A model generated the notes under the pieces. That model searched no databases, was not told where the DNA came from, and worked only from the letters and a program-made list of their open reading frames with translations. DNA of 32,000 nucleotides from Halomicronema hongdechloris C2206 (lineage in GTDB: Bacteria > Cyanobacteriota > Cyanobacteriia > Phormidesmidales > Phormidesmidaceae). Positions within the stretch are counted from its first letter, which is position 1, and each line of letters opens with the position of its first letter. Position numbers and translations under genes: made by a program. Shown piece after piece: positions 1-8,450 of this stretch. Where the stretch lies: positions 3,210,001 through 3,242,000 of the forward strand of contig NZ_CP021983.2 of assembly GCF_002075285.3 (NCBI RefSeq), read 5' to 3'.

Positions 1-228
1 GAGTTGGGAGTTCTCGAGCGCCTCAATTTTTCTAAGACCCACTGGAAAATTACCCACTACTATCTCTTCCAAACAGAGCAAGTCACACCGCTGCCTAGTG
101 ATCCCAAGACTCATCAGGTTGAGTGGTTTCCCATCGATCAGTTGCCACCCATCTTCTGGCCGGAACAACGGCAGTTATTGCAGCAGGTGAGAGATGAGCA
201 CTTATCTTCCTTAGAGTGTTCCAACTAA
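1..228 (+). CDS. NUDIX-family hydrolase, C-terminal fragment (5' end lies outside the window)
   Basis: Frame 1 is open from base 1 to TAA at 226-228. The tail (HYYLF...QVEWFPIDQLPPIFWPEQRQLL) resembles the region after the Nudix box in NUDIX hydrolases. The Nudix box itself is not in the window, so the family call is tentative. Confidence 0.4.
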   Translation, partial: ELGVLERLNFSKTHWKITHYYLFQTEQVTPLPSDPKTHQVEWFPIDQLPPIFWPEQRQLLQQVRDEHLSSLECSN

Positions 229-275
229 ACACTCGTTCAAGGATTTGCTGAATAGCCTAGATAGGCTGAGTTCAA

Positions 276-304
276 TAGCCTAGATCTAGATCAGGCTACT
301 TTTT
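276..304 (+). terminator. Candidate intrinsic terminator downstream of the NUDIX fragment
   Basis: TAGCCT (276-281) pairs with AGGCTA (293-298), followed by C then TTTTT (300-304). It lies between the convergent NUDIX and HAD genes. Confidence 0.4.
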
Positions 305-371
305 CAGATGGAATACTCTTAGGGGCCGAGTAGACGGCAGCCCACGCTCACATCCAGTTTCGGAGTGGTGA

Positions 372-1220
372 CTAGAGCTGGCCGACGGAGTCGGGCGCCA
401 GCTTTTTCAAGGTGGCTTCCACGACCAATCGCCAGCCCTCTGGAGCGACGGCTGGTGCCACTGACCATCCTCGCTGAGCTAGTGCTGGATGAGGTCCCTG
501 AGCCCCCGGTACGACAATGGGGTAATCTACCTGCTCTAACATGGCCGTATCGTTAGGGCTGTTGCCTAGACCTAGGGTCATCAGAGGCTGTCCAGGAACC
601 CAGGCTTGATACAAGTCAATGACAGCTTGCACGGCAACGCCCTTGCCAGCACCGCTACCAATCAGGTGGGAGAAGCGATCGCCCACTACCACCTGAAAGC
701 CTCTGGCCTCTACCACCTGCCTTAGCTGGGCTGCCGACATGTTTTTAGGGGTCAAAAACGGCTCGGTAAATTCCCGGGCCTTGGCCTGTTTAGCTTCCTC
801 GTAGGAGAGGCCGGTCAACTGCTGAATTTGCTCAACAGACCAATCTCCAAATCCTTTCAGGGGGCGCTTCAGCTCTTGGGCAATGGCCTTGAGTCCAGCC
901 CGAGCCATGACATAAGAACAGCCCAGCTGTAGCACTCGATAGGCACCGGCATCCTCTCCCGCCGGTAGTTGGAAGGGTACGGTTCCACGAGGCAAGAAGA
1001 CGGCACTGCCATTCTCGACGATAAACGGATCCTGTAATTCAAGATGCTGACACCAGGTATCAACTTCCGCTCGCGTCTTGCTCGTAACAGGAATGACAGG
1101 AATTCCCACTTGTCTCAGGTGCTTTAAAGTAGGCAGCGCGGCTTCATAGTGATAGGTATCGCTATTCAGGAGCGTGCCATCTAAATCGGTAAAGATAATC
1201 AAAGCAGTGGTTAGCACCAT
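372..1220 (-). CDS. HAD-IIB hydrolase, mannosyl-/glucosyl-3-phosphoglycerate phosphatase (MPGP/YedP) family
   Basis: 282-aa ORF with ATG start. The N-terminal HAD motif I is IIFTDLDGTLL, followed by IPVIPVTSKTRAEV, the pattern typical of MPGP-family phosphatases. C-terminal motif GDSPND-like (GLGNSPNDTAML). Confidence 0.8.
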   Translation of the reverse strand: MVLTTALIIFTDLDGTLLNSDTYHYEAALPTLKHLRQVGIPVIPVTSKTRAEVDTWCQHLELQDPFIVENGSAVFLPRGTVPFQLPAGEDAGAYRVLQLGCSYVMARAGLKAIAQELKRPLKGFGDWSVEQIQQLTGLSYEEAKQAKAREFTEPFLTPKNMSAAQLRQVVEARGFQVVVGDRFSHLIGSGAGKGVAVQAVIDLYQAWVPGQPLMTLGLGNSPNDTAMLEQVDYPIVVPGAQGPHPALAQRGWSVAPAVAPEGWRLVVEATLKKLAPDSVGQL

Positions 1221-1622
1221 AGGTGTACTATGTCCATGTCAGGCAAGCCGAGACTGGCTATTAGCGTAGCAGGATGGATGATGCTCCCAATCCAGGCCAA
1301 CAGGTTGATTATGGGACAGCAACCGAGCGTGAGCTGGACGCAGGTTAGCATATAGTATCGCAATTAAATTCTTTCCTGAAATATTTAAATAGATTACAGC
1401 TTGCCCCTGCATGTGAATTTTGAAGAAGGAGTATTTATGATTTCAGGGAACCTCTTATATACTCTCTTCTATACAGCCACAATTCATGATTGATCGTCTT
1501 TGTTCCGTCTTTGTCCATGGTTGATTGGACCGGGTATACCCATATAGGTCGTTGCAGGGCAGTGGGCCCTGCGATCGCAAGCGCCTTGTAAGGGATGCCG
1601 ATGTGGCAAAGCCGTTGATATG

Positions 1623-1648
1623 AGCATTTAGATATAAGCATTTAGATA
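1623..1648. repeat. Direct repeat AGCATTTAGATA x2 (period 14)
   Basis: Identical 12-mers at 1623-1634 and 1637-1648, read directly from the sequence. Confidence 0.9.
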
Positions 1649-1688
1649 AAGCACTAAAGTATTTGTCACAACCATTTCAGTAATTCTC

Positions 1689-1728
1689 TGATCTCGGCTT
1701 ATTTGGGTATTTTGGGTGATCTCGGCTT
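1689..1728. repeat. Direct repeat TGATCTCGGCTT x2 (period 28), with an internal ATTTGGGT/ATTTTGGGT near-repeat
   Basis: Identical 12-mers at 1689-1700 and 1717-1728. The spacer itself holds a near-tandem pair. Confidence 0.9.
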
Positions 1729-1763
1729 TTTAGGGAAATCTAGCTAACTTGGCTGCCAACTCC

Positions 1764-1787
1764 AACTATTTGGATAACTATTTGGAT
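1764..1787. repeat. Perfect abutting tandem duplication AACTATTTGGAT x2
   Basis: Copies at 1764-1775 and 1776-1787 are identical. Confidence 0.9.
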
Positions 1788-1853
1788 GGAATCACACTGA
1801 CGTCAGCAATCTTTGAAGTAGTTGCTCGTCAGTATCTCAGGAGGATGTCATCA

Positions 1854-1873
1854 CTAATTGTCGCTAATTGTCG
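1854..1873. repeat. Perfect abutting tandem duplication CTAATTGTCG x2 (10-nt period)
   Basis: Copies at 1854-1863 and 1864-1873 are identical. They lie about 200 nt upstream of the 2073 start codon. Confidence 0.9.
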
Positions 1874-2072
1874 GATGTATCTAGGGTTGATACTGTTGGT
1901 GTTTAAGACCGCCGTATCGTCTCCAGGAAAGGCAAGATTGTCTGCAGATATATTGTTGAAACTTGTCTGAGAAGAGAAGTGACTGCCGTGTAAGTGATTG
2001 TGCCTATGGTTCAACTGTCGTCTCGTCGTTGATTTGATCAACGTCATTTAAGCTAGTTTTAGGAGTCCTGAT

Positions 2073-2456
2073 ATGACAGTTTCAGTTTCTCGAGATGGGT
2101 ATTGGACAGCAGCTCTTGCAGCTATCAAAAGCTTTTTAATCTGGCTGTTTATCTTAGAGGTGTGTCTGTTGGTGATCGGCTTTCCGCTGGTCGTGCTAAT
2201 TGTGGCGGGGGCGGCGACCGTTGCGATCGCACTTCACCCTCTGATGCCAGCCAGTGCTCTCTTAATTGTCGCCAGTACTACCATTGGCCTCAATTTCATC
2301 GCCATTGCTACCGCCTCCCTGGTATTGACGGCTCGGGGGATCCATCCCCATACCATTAGTTGGCTTAACTGGCTGAAGTCCGAAGCCGATCCCTTAACCT
2401 TGCCCGTCTATGCAGCCTGTCCCTTAACCTGCGGACTCCAACGCGACATTCTCTGA
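2073..2456 (+). CDS. Hypothetical small integral membrane protein (3-4 predicted TM helices)
   Basis: 127-aa ORF with ATG start preceded by AGGAG (2061-2065). Long hydrophobic stretches (FLIWLFILEVCLLVIGFPLVVLIVAGAATVAIAL; LLIVASTTIGLNFIAIATASLVL). A strong hairpin terminator follows. No family recognised. Confidence 0.6.
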   Translation: MTVSVSRDGYWTAALAAIKSFLIWLFILEVCLLVIGFPLVVLIVAGAATVAIALHPLMPASALLIVASTTIGLNFIAIATASLVLTARGIHPHTISWLNWLKSEADPLTLPVYAACPLTCGLQRDIL

Positions 2457-2548
2457 CTCCTTAACGACGCAGCTTAGAGTAGCAGCTATAGAGTAAACGA
2501 CAATCCGAGTCATCGGCTTGCCTTACCTCTAGCTCGACTCTCCGCTAC

Positions 2549-2576
2549 TCCCCTGGCCAATGGGTCAGGGGATTTT
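2549..2576 (+). terminator. Intrinsic terminator after the membrane-protein gene
   Basis: TCCCCTGGCC (2549-2558) pairs with GGGTCAGGGGA-side bases 2563-2572, giving 10 bp with one G-T wobble. The loop is AATG, followed directly by TTTT (2573-2576). Confidence 0.6.
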
Positions 2577-2627
2577 GTCGGGATGGCTAACTGGCCGTGA
2601 TAGATTAGAAAGGTTGTCTATTTCGCA

Positions 2628-2671
2628 CATCCAGGATTTCGGGTGTCTCCTCAGGGAGATGCACCTGGATG
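2628..2671 (+). promoter_or_regulatory. Structured element in the rpsB 5' leader (nested hairpin)
   Basis: The outer stem is 8 bp, CATCCAGG (2628-2635) with CCTGGATG (2664-2671). It encloses an inner stem TCTCC (2646-2650) with GGAGA (2655-2659) and loop TCAG. The element ends 25 nt before the rpsB ATG and 15 nt before the SD AAGGAG (2687-2692). Confidence 0.35.
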
Positions 2672-2696
2672 GAGGTTAAACCCGAAAAGGAGATCA

Positions 2697-3503
2697 ATGA
2701 CCATGCCTGTTATCTCACTGCCCGAACTATTGGAATCGGGGGTTCACTTTGGGCACCAGACTCGCCGCTGGAACCCTAAGATGGAGCCCTATATCTTTAC
2801 CTCCCGTAACGGCATTCACATCATCGACTTGGTCCAGACGGCTAAGTTAATGGAAGATGCCTACAGCTTCGTCAAGACTGCAGCAGACCAAGGACAAAAA
2901 TTCCTGTTTGTGGGGACTAAGCGCCAAGCTGCTGGCATCGTTGCCCAAGAGGCAAGTCGCTGTGGGGCCCACTACATCAATCAGCGCTGGCTGGGAGGGA
3001 TGCTCACCAACTGGACGACGATCAAGTCCCGGGTAGAGTATCTAAAAGAGCTAGAGCGTATGGAAGAAACGGGGGCTATGGCCCTTCGCCCCAAGAAGGA
3101 GCGGGCGGTTCTGCGGCGCGAATTAGAGAAACTTCGCAAGTATCTGGGCGGCATCAAGACCATGCGACGGGTGCCAGACATTGCCATCATTGTCGATATT
3201 CGACGGGAATATAATGCCGTGCAGGAATGCCAGAAGCTTGATATTCCCATCGTTTCCCTCCTAGATACCAACTGTGATCCCAACGTCGTGGACGTACCGA
3301 TTCCAGCTAACGACGATGCCATCCGATCGATTAAGCTGATCTTGAGCAAACTCGCCGACGCCATTTACGAAGGATCCCACGGCCAAGTCGACTCAGAGTA
3401 TGAGGATTACGATGGTGCCGAGGACGCCTTTGAGTATGATGAAGGCGATGAGGACACCTTTGCCGAAGGTGAAGAACCAGTTGAGGCTTCAGCTGAAGCT
3501 TGA
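2697..3503 (+). CDS. rpsB: 30S ribosomal protein S2
   Basis: Motif [15 protein letters not shown] and overall S2 pattern, with an acidic C-terminal tail. I prefer ATG 2697, which has SD AAGGAG 5 nt upstream, over the ORF-track GTG at 2643, which lies inside the leader hairpin. Confidence 0.95.
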   Translation: MTMPVISLPELLESGVHFGHQTRRWNPKMEPYIFTSRNGIHIIDLVQTAKLMEDAYSFVKTAADQGQKFLFVGTKRQAAGIVAQEASRCGAHYINQRWLGGMLTNWTTIKSRVEYLKELERMEETGAMALRPKKERAVLRRELEKLRKYLGGIKTMRRVPDIAIIVDIRREYNAVQECQKLDIPIVSLLDTNCDPNVVDVPIPANDDAIRSIKLILSKLADAIYEGSHGQVDSEYEDYDGAEDAFEYDEGDEDTFAEGEEPVEASAEA

Positions 3504-3560
3504 TCGCATACCGACACTAGCCCTTTGGGGGATTCATTGTTCACGCATTAGGAAGGGATT

Positions 3561-4220
3561 ATGGCGGAGATCTCGGCAAAATTAGTTAAGGAACTGCGCC
3601 AGAAAACTGGCGCAGGCATGATGGATTGCAAGAAGGCACTGCAGGAAAACGATGGCGATCTGAGCAAGGCCACCGAGTGGCTGCGACAGAAAGGTATCGC
3701 TTCGGCAGCCAAGAAAGAAGGCCGTTTGGCGGCGGAAGGGTTAGTAGACAGCTATATTCACACGGGTGGCCGGGTTGGAGTACTCGTTGAAATCAACTGT
3801 GAGACTGACTTCGTCGCTCGCCGCGATGAATTTAAGAGCCTGGTACGGGATGTGGCTATGCAGATTGCAGCCTGTCCTAACGTGGAATTTGTCCGCAGTG
3901 ATGACATTCCAAAGGCCATCGTCGAACGAGAAAAGTCCATTGAAATGGGCCGTGATGATCTGGCTGGCAAACCTGAAAATATTCGAGAGAAGATTGTCCA
4001 AGGCCGCATCGATAAACGGCTGAAGGAACTATCTCTGATGGACCAACCCTTTATCAAAGACCAAAACATCACGGTCGAAGAGTTGGTGAAGCAAAGCGTG
4101 GCGCAATTGGGTGAGAATATCCAAGTGCGACGATTTGTGCGCTTCATCTTGGGTGAGGGGATTGAAAAAGACGAGAGCAACTTTGCCGAAGAGGTAGCTG
4201 CTCAGACCGGCAAAGCATAG
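3561..4220 (+). CDS. tsf: Translation elongation factor Ts
   Basis: 219 aa. The N-terminal UBA-like signature is [20 protein letters not shown]. The gene sits in the classic rpsB-tsf arrangement, 57 nt after rpsB. Confidence 0.95.
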   Translation: MAEISAKLVKELRQKTGAGMMDCKKALQENDGDLSKATEWLRQKGIASAAKKEGRLAAEGLVDSYIHTGGRVGVLVEINCETDFVARRDEFKSLVRDVAMQIAACPNVEFVRSDDIPKAIVEREKSIEMGRDDLAGKPENIREKIVQGRIDKRLKELSLMDQPFIKDQNITVEELVKQSVAQLGENIQVRRFVRFILGEGIEKDESNFAEEVAAQTGKA

Positions 4221-4258
4221 CCTCTGGTCTTAGTTAGCCTACTCCGACTGGGGCGTGG

Positions 4259-4293
4259 GCAGGGCGGACTCCGATTGTAGAGGTCGGCCCTGC
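4259..4293 (+). terminator. GC-rich hairpin after tsf (possible terminator, weak T-tract)
   Basis: GCAGGGCGGAC (4259-4269) pairs with GTCGGCCCTGC (4283-4293): 11 positions with one mismatch and a 13-nt loop. No clear U-run follows. Confidence 0.3.
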
Positions 4294-4346
4294 TGTCGTC
4301 ACAGCCTTAAAGACTGAGGCGGTTGCCGTTCATAGGCAAAACCTTT

Positions 4347-5477
4347 ATGGCTGGTACAGTTGAACAAATACGCCGGGAATTAGATTCTCTGACCGAGGCT
4401 ACAGCAGCCCTGGCAGAAGACTTCCAAGAGCTCTATAAGCATTATCTGCAGGCCCTAGGTAAGGCGGCGCGGCAACAATTAATCCTGGCCAGTTATCGTC
4501 TCTGCACTCAGGCCTATCCTGATGCCTTCCTCAACCTATCAGTGGCTCAGCGTCAGAAGTTACAGGTGGCGATACGGGAGCTCGGAGATGAGGCTCAGGA
4601 ACATTTACAGGCTAGCCTGCAAGTGTGGCAAGCATCCCCGATGGAATGGTTGGAACAATACCTGACCCACGAGCTGTCTTTGCCGGAAGAGCAGTCATCA
4701 GAGCCGATAGATGAATCTTCTGCATCAGAAAGCACGCTGCCAGAGGACACCCCAGAGGAAACCGACGCTGAGATGTCCTTGGAGACTAATACTTCTCAGA
4801 GTCCCTCAACTGAAGGGCCGGAGGTTTCCAAGGCTGCTGAGGGCCCAGTGGCAACCCCAGATATGATTGCGAAAGCGGCGGCAGCTGCCTTGCGTCAAAT
4901 TAGGGAAGGAACTGACGAGTCAGCCGCAGCCAGGGCAACGTCACCAGATGCTAAGGAGCCTTTGACTCCTGCTCGGTTAGCCAAGAAACACTTGCATCTA
5001 GAGCAGCATATTCGCACCGTGTTGCAGGGGGTCACCAAAACGGCTAATTTTCTCCTGAAGAAAGCAGGAATCTTGCCGGATTTACCCGAAGTGGTCTTGG
5101 CGGCAGCGGCCGAGTCAACTGCTATGGATCGGGGCCCATCCCCACCCAATTTATTAAATGTGTTGGTAGAAATGCGCGATCGCATCTCAGATGATCAAAG
5201 CGAGGTCGATCTCGATCAAGATCTCGATCAACAAGAAGAGGAGGAGGCCGCTGACCATGAGGACCAAGACGATAGCCGCGTGACTCACCTGATGGCTATC
5301 CATCTGCAGCTCTCAGATATTGAGTTTGCCGATCCCCAGACCTCCCTTTGGCGGAGTCGACTACGAGAGGCTCTGGCCAAACTCAAAAAACTGGGTCGTC
5401 AGTATCAGAAAAAGCAACAGGAACAGGCAATCGCCGAGGCAGAAGCGGCTTGGCGAGCCATTTGGTACGATGACTGA
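4347..5477 (+). CDS. Hypothetical acidic protein with a helical N-terminal domain, a long Ser/Glu/Pro/Ala-rich low-complexity centre and a C-terminal coiled-coil-like tail
   Basis: Long ORF with coding-like composition. ATG 4347 (MAGTVEQIRREL) is preferred over the ORF-track TTG at 4323. No catalytic motif recognised. Confidence 0.7.
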   Translation: MAGTVEQIRRELDSLTEATAALAEDFQELYKHYLQALGKAARQQLILASYRLCTQAYPDAFLNLSVAQRQKLQVAIRELGDEAQEHLQASLQVWQASPMEWLEQYLTHELSLPEEQSSEPIDESSASESTLPEDTPEETDAEMSLETNTSQSPSTEGPEVSKAAEGPVATPDMIAKAAAAALRQIREGTDESAAARATSPDAKEPLTPARLAKKHLHLEQHIRTVLQGVTKTANFLLKKAGILPDLPEVVLAAAAESTAMDRGPSPPNLLNVLVEMRDRISDDQSEVDLDQDLDQQEEEEAADHEDQDDSRVTHLMAIHLQLSDIEFADPQTSLWRSRLREALAKLKKLGRQYQKKQQEQAIAEAEAAWRAIWYDD

Positions 5478-5597
5478 CCTTGCCTCAGCCATAGTCGGGC
5501 TATTGCCACACCGGCATCTAGCTCGATGGCAGTTGCTATACTGCCACCTGAGATCGTGCTAACCGGGGGAATCTCCCTAAACCCCAGAGTCTCGACC

Positions 5598-8114
5598 ATG
5601 AGTTCAGCCCCCGCTGTTGATTGGATCCGGTTACAGAAGGCCCTTTCTGTGGAAGCAGACCGGGGCTTTAATGACCTGGTTGGTAAGCAACAACGCTTCA
5701 GCGAGTTCCTGTCTCAACAGCTAGGGGCACCACCACCGGATCTACCTCCTTCAGAACAGCAGCGCTGGCAAGCACTCGCCACTCAGTTTCGTCAGTATGC
5801 TGATCTCAGCTTTGCCCAGCGCCAGCATCTTGTCGCTGACACCCGACGACTGTTGCAACAGACTCGGCAAGCCTTGGAGCAATCCGTTGTCTCTAAAGCA
5901 GCGGAATCAACCAATCTAAGGGGAGAAACAAGCTCCCATCGTCCTCGCCCGACTATGGCGACCAAGGCCGCAGACCCAACGACGGCCCTAGGTAGTTTGC
6001 CGAGCCGGCTGCCGACGCTAGATCAGTCGCTGACCTATCTAAAAGGAATCGGCCCTAAAAACAGTGAACGCCTCGCTCGGCTGGGATTACATACAGTCTT
6101 GGATGTGTTGTTTTACTATCCCCGGGACCATGTCGACTACTCTCAACAGGTACGAATGCGGGATCTCGTGCCAGGGGAGACAGCAACAGTGGTGGGCACG
6201 GTCAAGCGTTGTACCTGTTTTAGCAGTCCCCGTAATTCCAAGCTCACCATCCTGGAGATTCTGCTCCAGGATGCCAGCGGCCAACTCAAACTCAGTCGGT
6301 TTTTTGCCGGCAACCGCTATCGTCAACCCACCTGGCAGCGGCGGCAACAGCGGCAGTATCCCCGGGGCGCTATCATTGCAGCCTCAGGGCTGGTGAAGCA
6401 AAGTAAGTATGGCATTACCCTCAATGATCCCGATCTGGAAGTCTTAGATGGTCCCGGCGGCCAGATCGACTCCCTTACCATTGGCCGGATTGTCCCGGTT
6501 TACGGGCTAACCGAGGGGGTGGGGGCGGATCTGGTACGTCGAGCCGTAGCAGCTGCCCTGCCGGCCCTGGATACCCTGCAGGATCCCTTGCCCCTACCGC
6601 TACGGCGGTGCCATGATCTGATGCCCCTAGGGCAGGCGTTGCAGCAGATTCACTTCCCAGACTCCTTAGAGACCTGCACCCAGGCCCGTCGCCGCTTGGT
6701 GTTCGATGAATTTTTCTATTTACAGTTAGGGCTGCTGCGTCGCCGCCGCCAGCAGCAGCAGCAAACGACGGCCATTACTTTGCCGCCAACTGGTGAGTTG
6801 GTGGAGGCCTTCTATCAAGGGTTGCCCTTCAAGCTGACAGCAGCCCAGCAACGGGTGATTCAGGAAATTCTGCAGGACCTTCAACACCCCACCCCGATGA
6901 ATCGACTGGTGCAGGGAGATGTGGGTTCTGGTAAGACGGTGGTGGCGGTGGTGGCCATGTTGGCAGCCTTGCAGGCGGGCTATCAGTCGGCCCTGATGGC
7001 TCCCACAGAGGTATTGGCAGAGCAGCACTATCGCAAATTAGTAGGTTGGTTCAATCAGTTGCATTTGCCTGTGGATCTGCTGACTGGCTCGACGCGGACA
7101 GCAAAGCGCCGGGAGCTCTTGGCCCAGCTGGCGACGGGAGAACTACCGGTGCTCGTCGGTACCCATGCCTTGATCGAGGATCCGGTACAGTTTTGTCGCT
7201 TGGGGTTGGTGGTGATTGATGAGCAACATCGCTTCGGTGTTCAGCAGCGGGCTCGGTTGCAGCGTAAGGGAGACAATCCCCATGTGTTGACCCTGACCGC
7301 CACCCCCATTCCTCGAACGTTGGCCCTGACCTTACATGGGGATTTGGATGTGAGCCAAATCGATGAATTGCCGCCAGGGCGTCAGGCAATTCAGACGACC
7401 CTGCTGACCAATCGCGATCGCATCCATGCTTATGACCTAATTCGTCGGGAAATTGCCCAGGGCCGCCAGGCCTATGTGGTGTTGCCCCTGGTGGACGAGT
7501 CGGAAAAGCTCGACTTAAAATCAGCCATCGAGGAACATCAACACTTAGAGCAAGTGGTTTTTCCGGAGTTTGCGGTAGGCCTCTTGCATGGTCGCATGAG
7601 TTCTGCCGATAAGGAGGCTGCCATTAGCCGCTTCCGCACTGGAGAGATCGATATTCTGGTGTCTACGACGGTGGTAGAAGTGGGGGTCGATGTTGCCAAC
7701 GCCACCGTAATGTTGATTGAGCATGCGGAACGATTTGGCCTGTCGCAGTTGCATCAGCTGCGAGGACGGGTGGGGCGAGGGGCTGATCAGGCCTATTGTC
7801 TGTTGATGAGCAGTAGCCGTAGTGAATCAGCCCTGCAGCGGTTGAAAGTCTTGGAGCAGTCCCAGGATGGGTTTGTGATCGCAGAAATGGATTTGCGGTT
7901 TCGCGGGCCGGGTGAGGTCTTGGGGACGCGGCAATCCGGGCTCCCGGACTTTGCCCTGGCCAGTTTAGTACAAGATCAGGCTGTCTTGGAGTTGGCCCGC
8001 CAGGCAGCCGAAGCTCTATTACAAGCAGATGAACGCCTAGAGCGATGGCCCCGGCTACGGGCCGAATTACAACGCCGCTATACCAAACTCATGGGCGGGG
8101 CCATTCTAACCTGA
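5598..8114 (+). CDS. recG: ATP-dependent DNA helicase RecG
   Basis: Walker A GDVGSGKT, DEQH box (VIDEQHRFG), TATPIPRT and QLHQLRGRVGRG, plus the N-terminal extension usual in cyanobacterial RecG. The start could be ATG 5526 or ATG 5598. I list 5598. Confidence 0.92.
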   Translation: MSSAPAVDWIRLQKALSVEADRGFNDLVGKQQRFSEFLSQQLGAPPPDLPPSEQQRWQALATQFRQYADLSFAQRQHLVADTRRLLQQTRQALEQSVVSKAAESTNLRGETSSHRPRPTMATKAADPTTALGSLPSRLPTLDQSLTYLKGIGPKNSERLARLGLHTVLDVLFYYPRDHVDYSQQVRMRDLVPGETATVVGTVKRCTCFSSPRNSKLTILEILLQDASGQLKLSRFFAGNRYRQPTWQRRQQRQYPRGAIIAASGLVKQSKYGITLNDPDLEVLDGPGGQIDSLTIGRIVPVYGLTEGVGADLVRRAVAAALPALDTLQDPLPLPLRRCHDLMPLGQALQQIHFPDSLETCTQARRRLVFDEFFYLQLGLLRRRRQQQQQTTAITLPPTGELVEAFYQGLPFKLTAAQQRVIQEILQDLQHPTPMNRLVQGDVGSGKTVVAVVAMLAALQAGYQSALMAPTEVLAEQHYRKLVGWFNQLHLPVDLLTGSTRTAKRRELLAQLATGELPVLVGTHALIEDPVQFCRLGLVVIDEQHRFGVQQRARLQRKGDNPHVLTLTATPIPRTLALTLHGDLDVSQIDELPPGRQAIQTTLLTNRDRIHAYDLIRREIAQGRQAYVVLPLVDESEKLDLKSAIEEHQHLEQVVFPEFAVGLLHGRMSSADKEAAISRFRTGEIDILVSTTVVEVGVDVANATVMLIEHAERFGLSQLHQLRGRVGRGADQAYCLLMSSSRSESALQRLKVLEQSQDGFVIAEMDLRFRGPGEVLGTRQSGLPDFALASLVQDQAVLELARQAAEALLQADERLERWPRLRAELQRRYTKLMGGAILT

Positions 8115-8124
8115 AAGGGAAGCC

Positions 8125-8346
8125 CTACCATCGCCGGGACCGCTGCTGACGCGGCCTCTCCAAACTGATGAGCAGGGCGGTGCCGACCATGCCGCCAGCC
8201 GCACAGATGCCCAATAGCACCCCCATCGGCATCTCAATAGAGCGGAAGGTAAGAAATTGCAGGGAGACAGGGGTGGCATTCTGCACGGAGAGGATGGCCA
8301 CAGCCGCTACCCAGATGGCTGGCACTAAAGAGAGAACAAGCTTCAT
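8125..8346 (-). CDS. LapA-domain (DUF1049-like) small membrane protein
   Basis: Two TM helices flank a SVQNATPVSLQF-type loop, and the C-terminus is basic (RPRQQRSRRW). ATG at 8346 is preferred over the ORF-track TTG at 8364. Confidence 0.6.
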   Translation of the reverse strand: MKLVLSLVPAIWVAAVAILSVQNATPVSLQFLTFRSIEMPMGVLLGICAAGGMVGTALLISLERPRQQRSRRW

Positions 8347-8394
8347 GATCGCGGTGATAGTCAAGGAGGTATGCCTGTTCGCCTATTGTAATAG

Positions 8395-8424
8395 TTGCGA
8401 TCGCATCTATTGATTCGGCATAAT
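8395..8424 (+). promoter_or_regulatory. Candidate sigma-70-type promoter upstream of rplI
   Basis: TTGCGA (8395-8400), an 18-nt spacer, then CATAAT (8419-8424), 27 nt before the rplI ATG. This is a pattern match only. Confidence 0.25.
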
Positions 8425-8450
8425 AAGGAGCTGGGCTTTACGAGAAAATT

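Noticed and set aside
1764-1790. DnaA-box-like TTTGGATAA / TTTGGATGG inside the 12-mer tandem repeat, which raised the idea of an origin or iteron region
   Set aside because: Each is only a partial match (8 of 9 at best) to TGTGGATAA. There is no cluster of boxes, no adjacent dnaA or dnaN, and no AT-rich unwinding-element pattern that I could defend.
1623-1873. Possibility that the clustered direct repeats represent a CRISPR array or a MITE
   Set aside because: Each repeat has only two copies. The units differ from one another and are 10-12 nt long, with no regular spacer architecture. I found no terminal inverted repeats or target-site duplication.
1435-2047. ORF-track ORFs 1435-1641 (minus), 1749-1970 (plus, TTG) and 1829-2047 (minus) in the orphan region
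   Set aside because: They overlap one another and run through tandem duplications whose periods are not multiples of three. Some use TTG starts, and none shows a motif or membrane/soluble-protein character.
2643-2696. GTG-initiated 18-codon extension of rpsB
   Set aside because: The GTG lies inside the leader hairpin. ATG 2697 has a good AAGGAG SD, and S2 proteins begin close to the conserved ...LLE.GVHFGH segment.
3758-4180. Long antisense or alternate-frame ORFs inside well-supported genes. Examples: 2981-3364, 3758-4180, 6726-7028, 7051-7389, 19731-20048, 20070-20342, 22943-23305, 25166-25468, 27614-27898, 30198-30478.
   Set aside because: They sit entirely within genes that have clear family motifs on the other strand or frame. 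They are rich in Arg/Ser/Pro/Gly as expected for shadow frames in GC-rich coding DNA, and they lack any recognisable motif.
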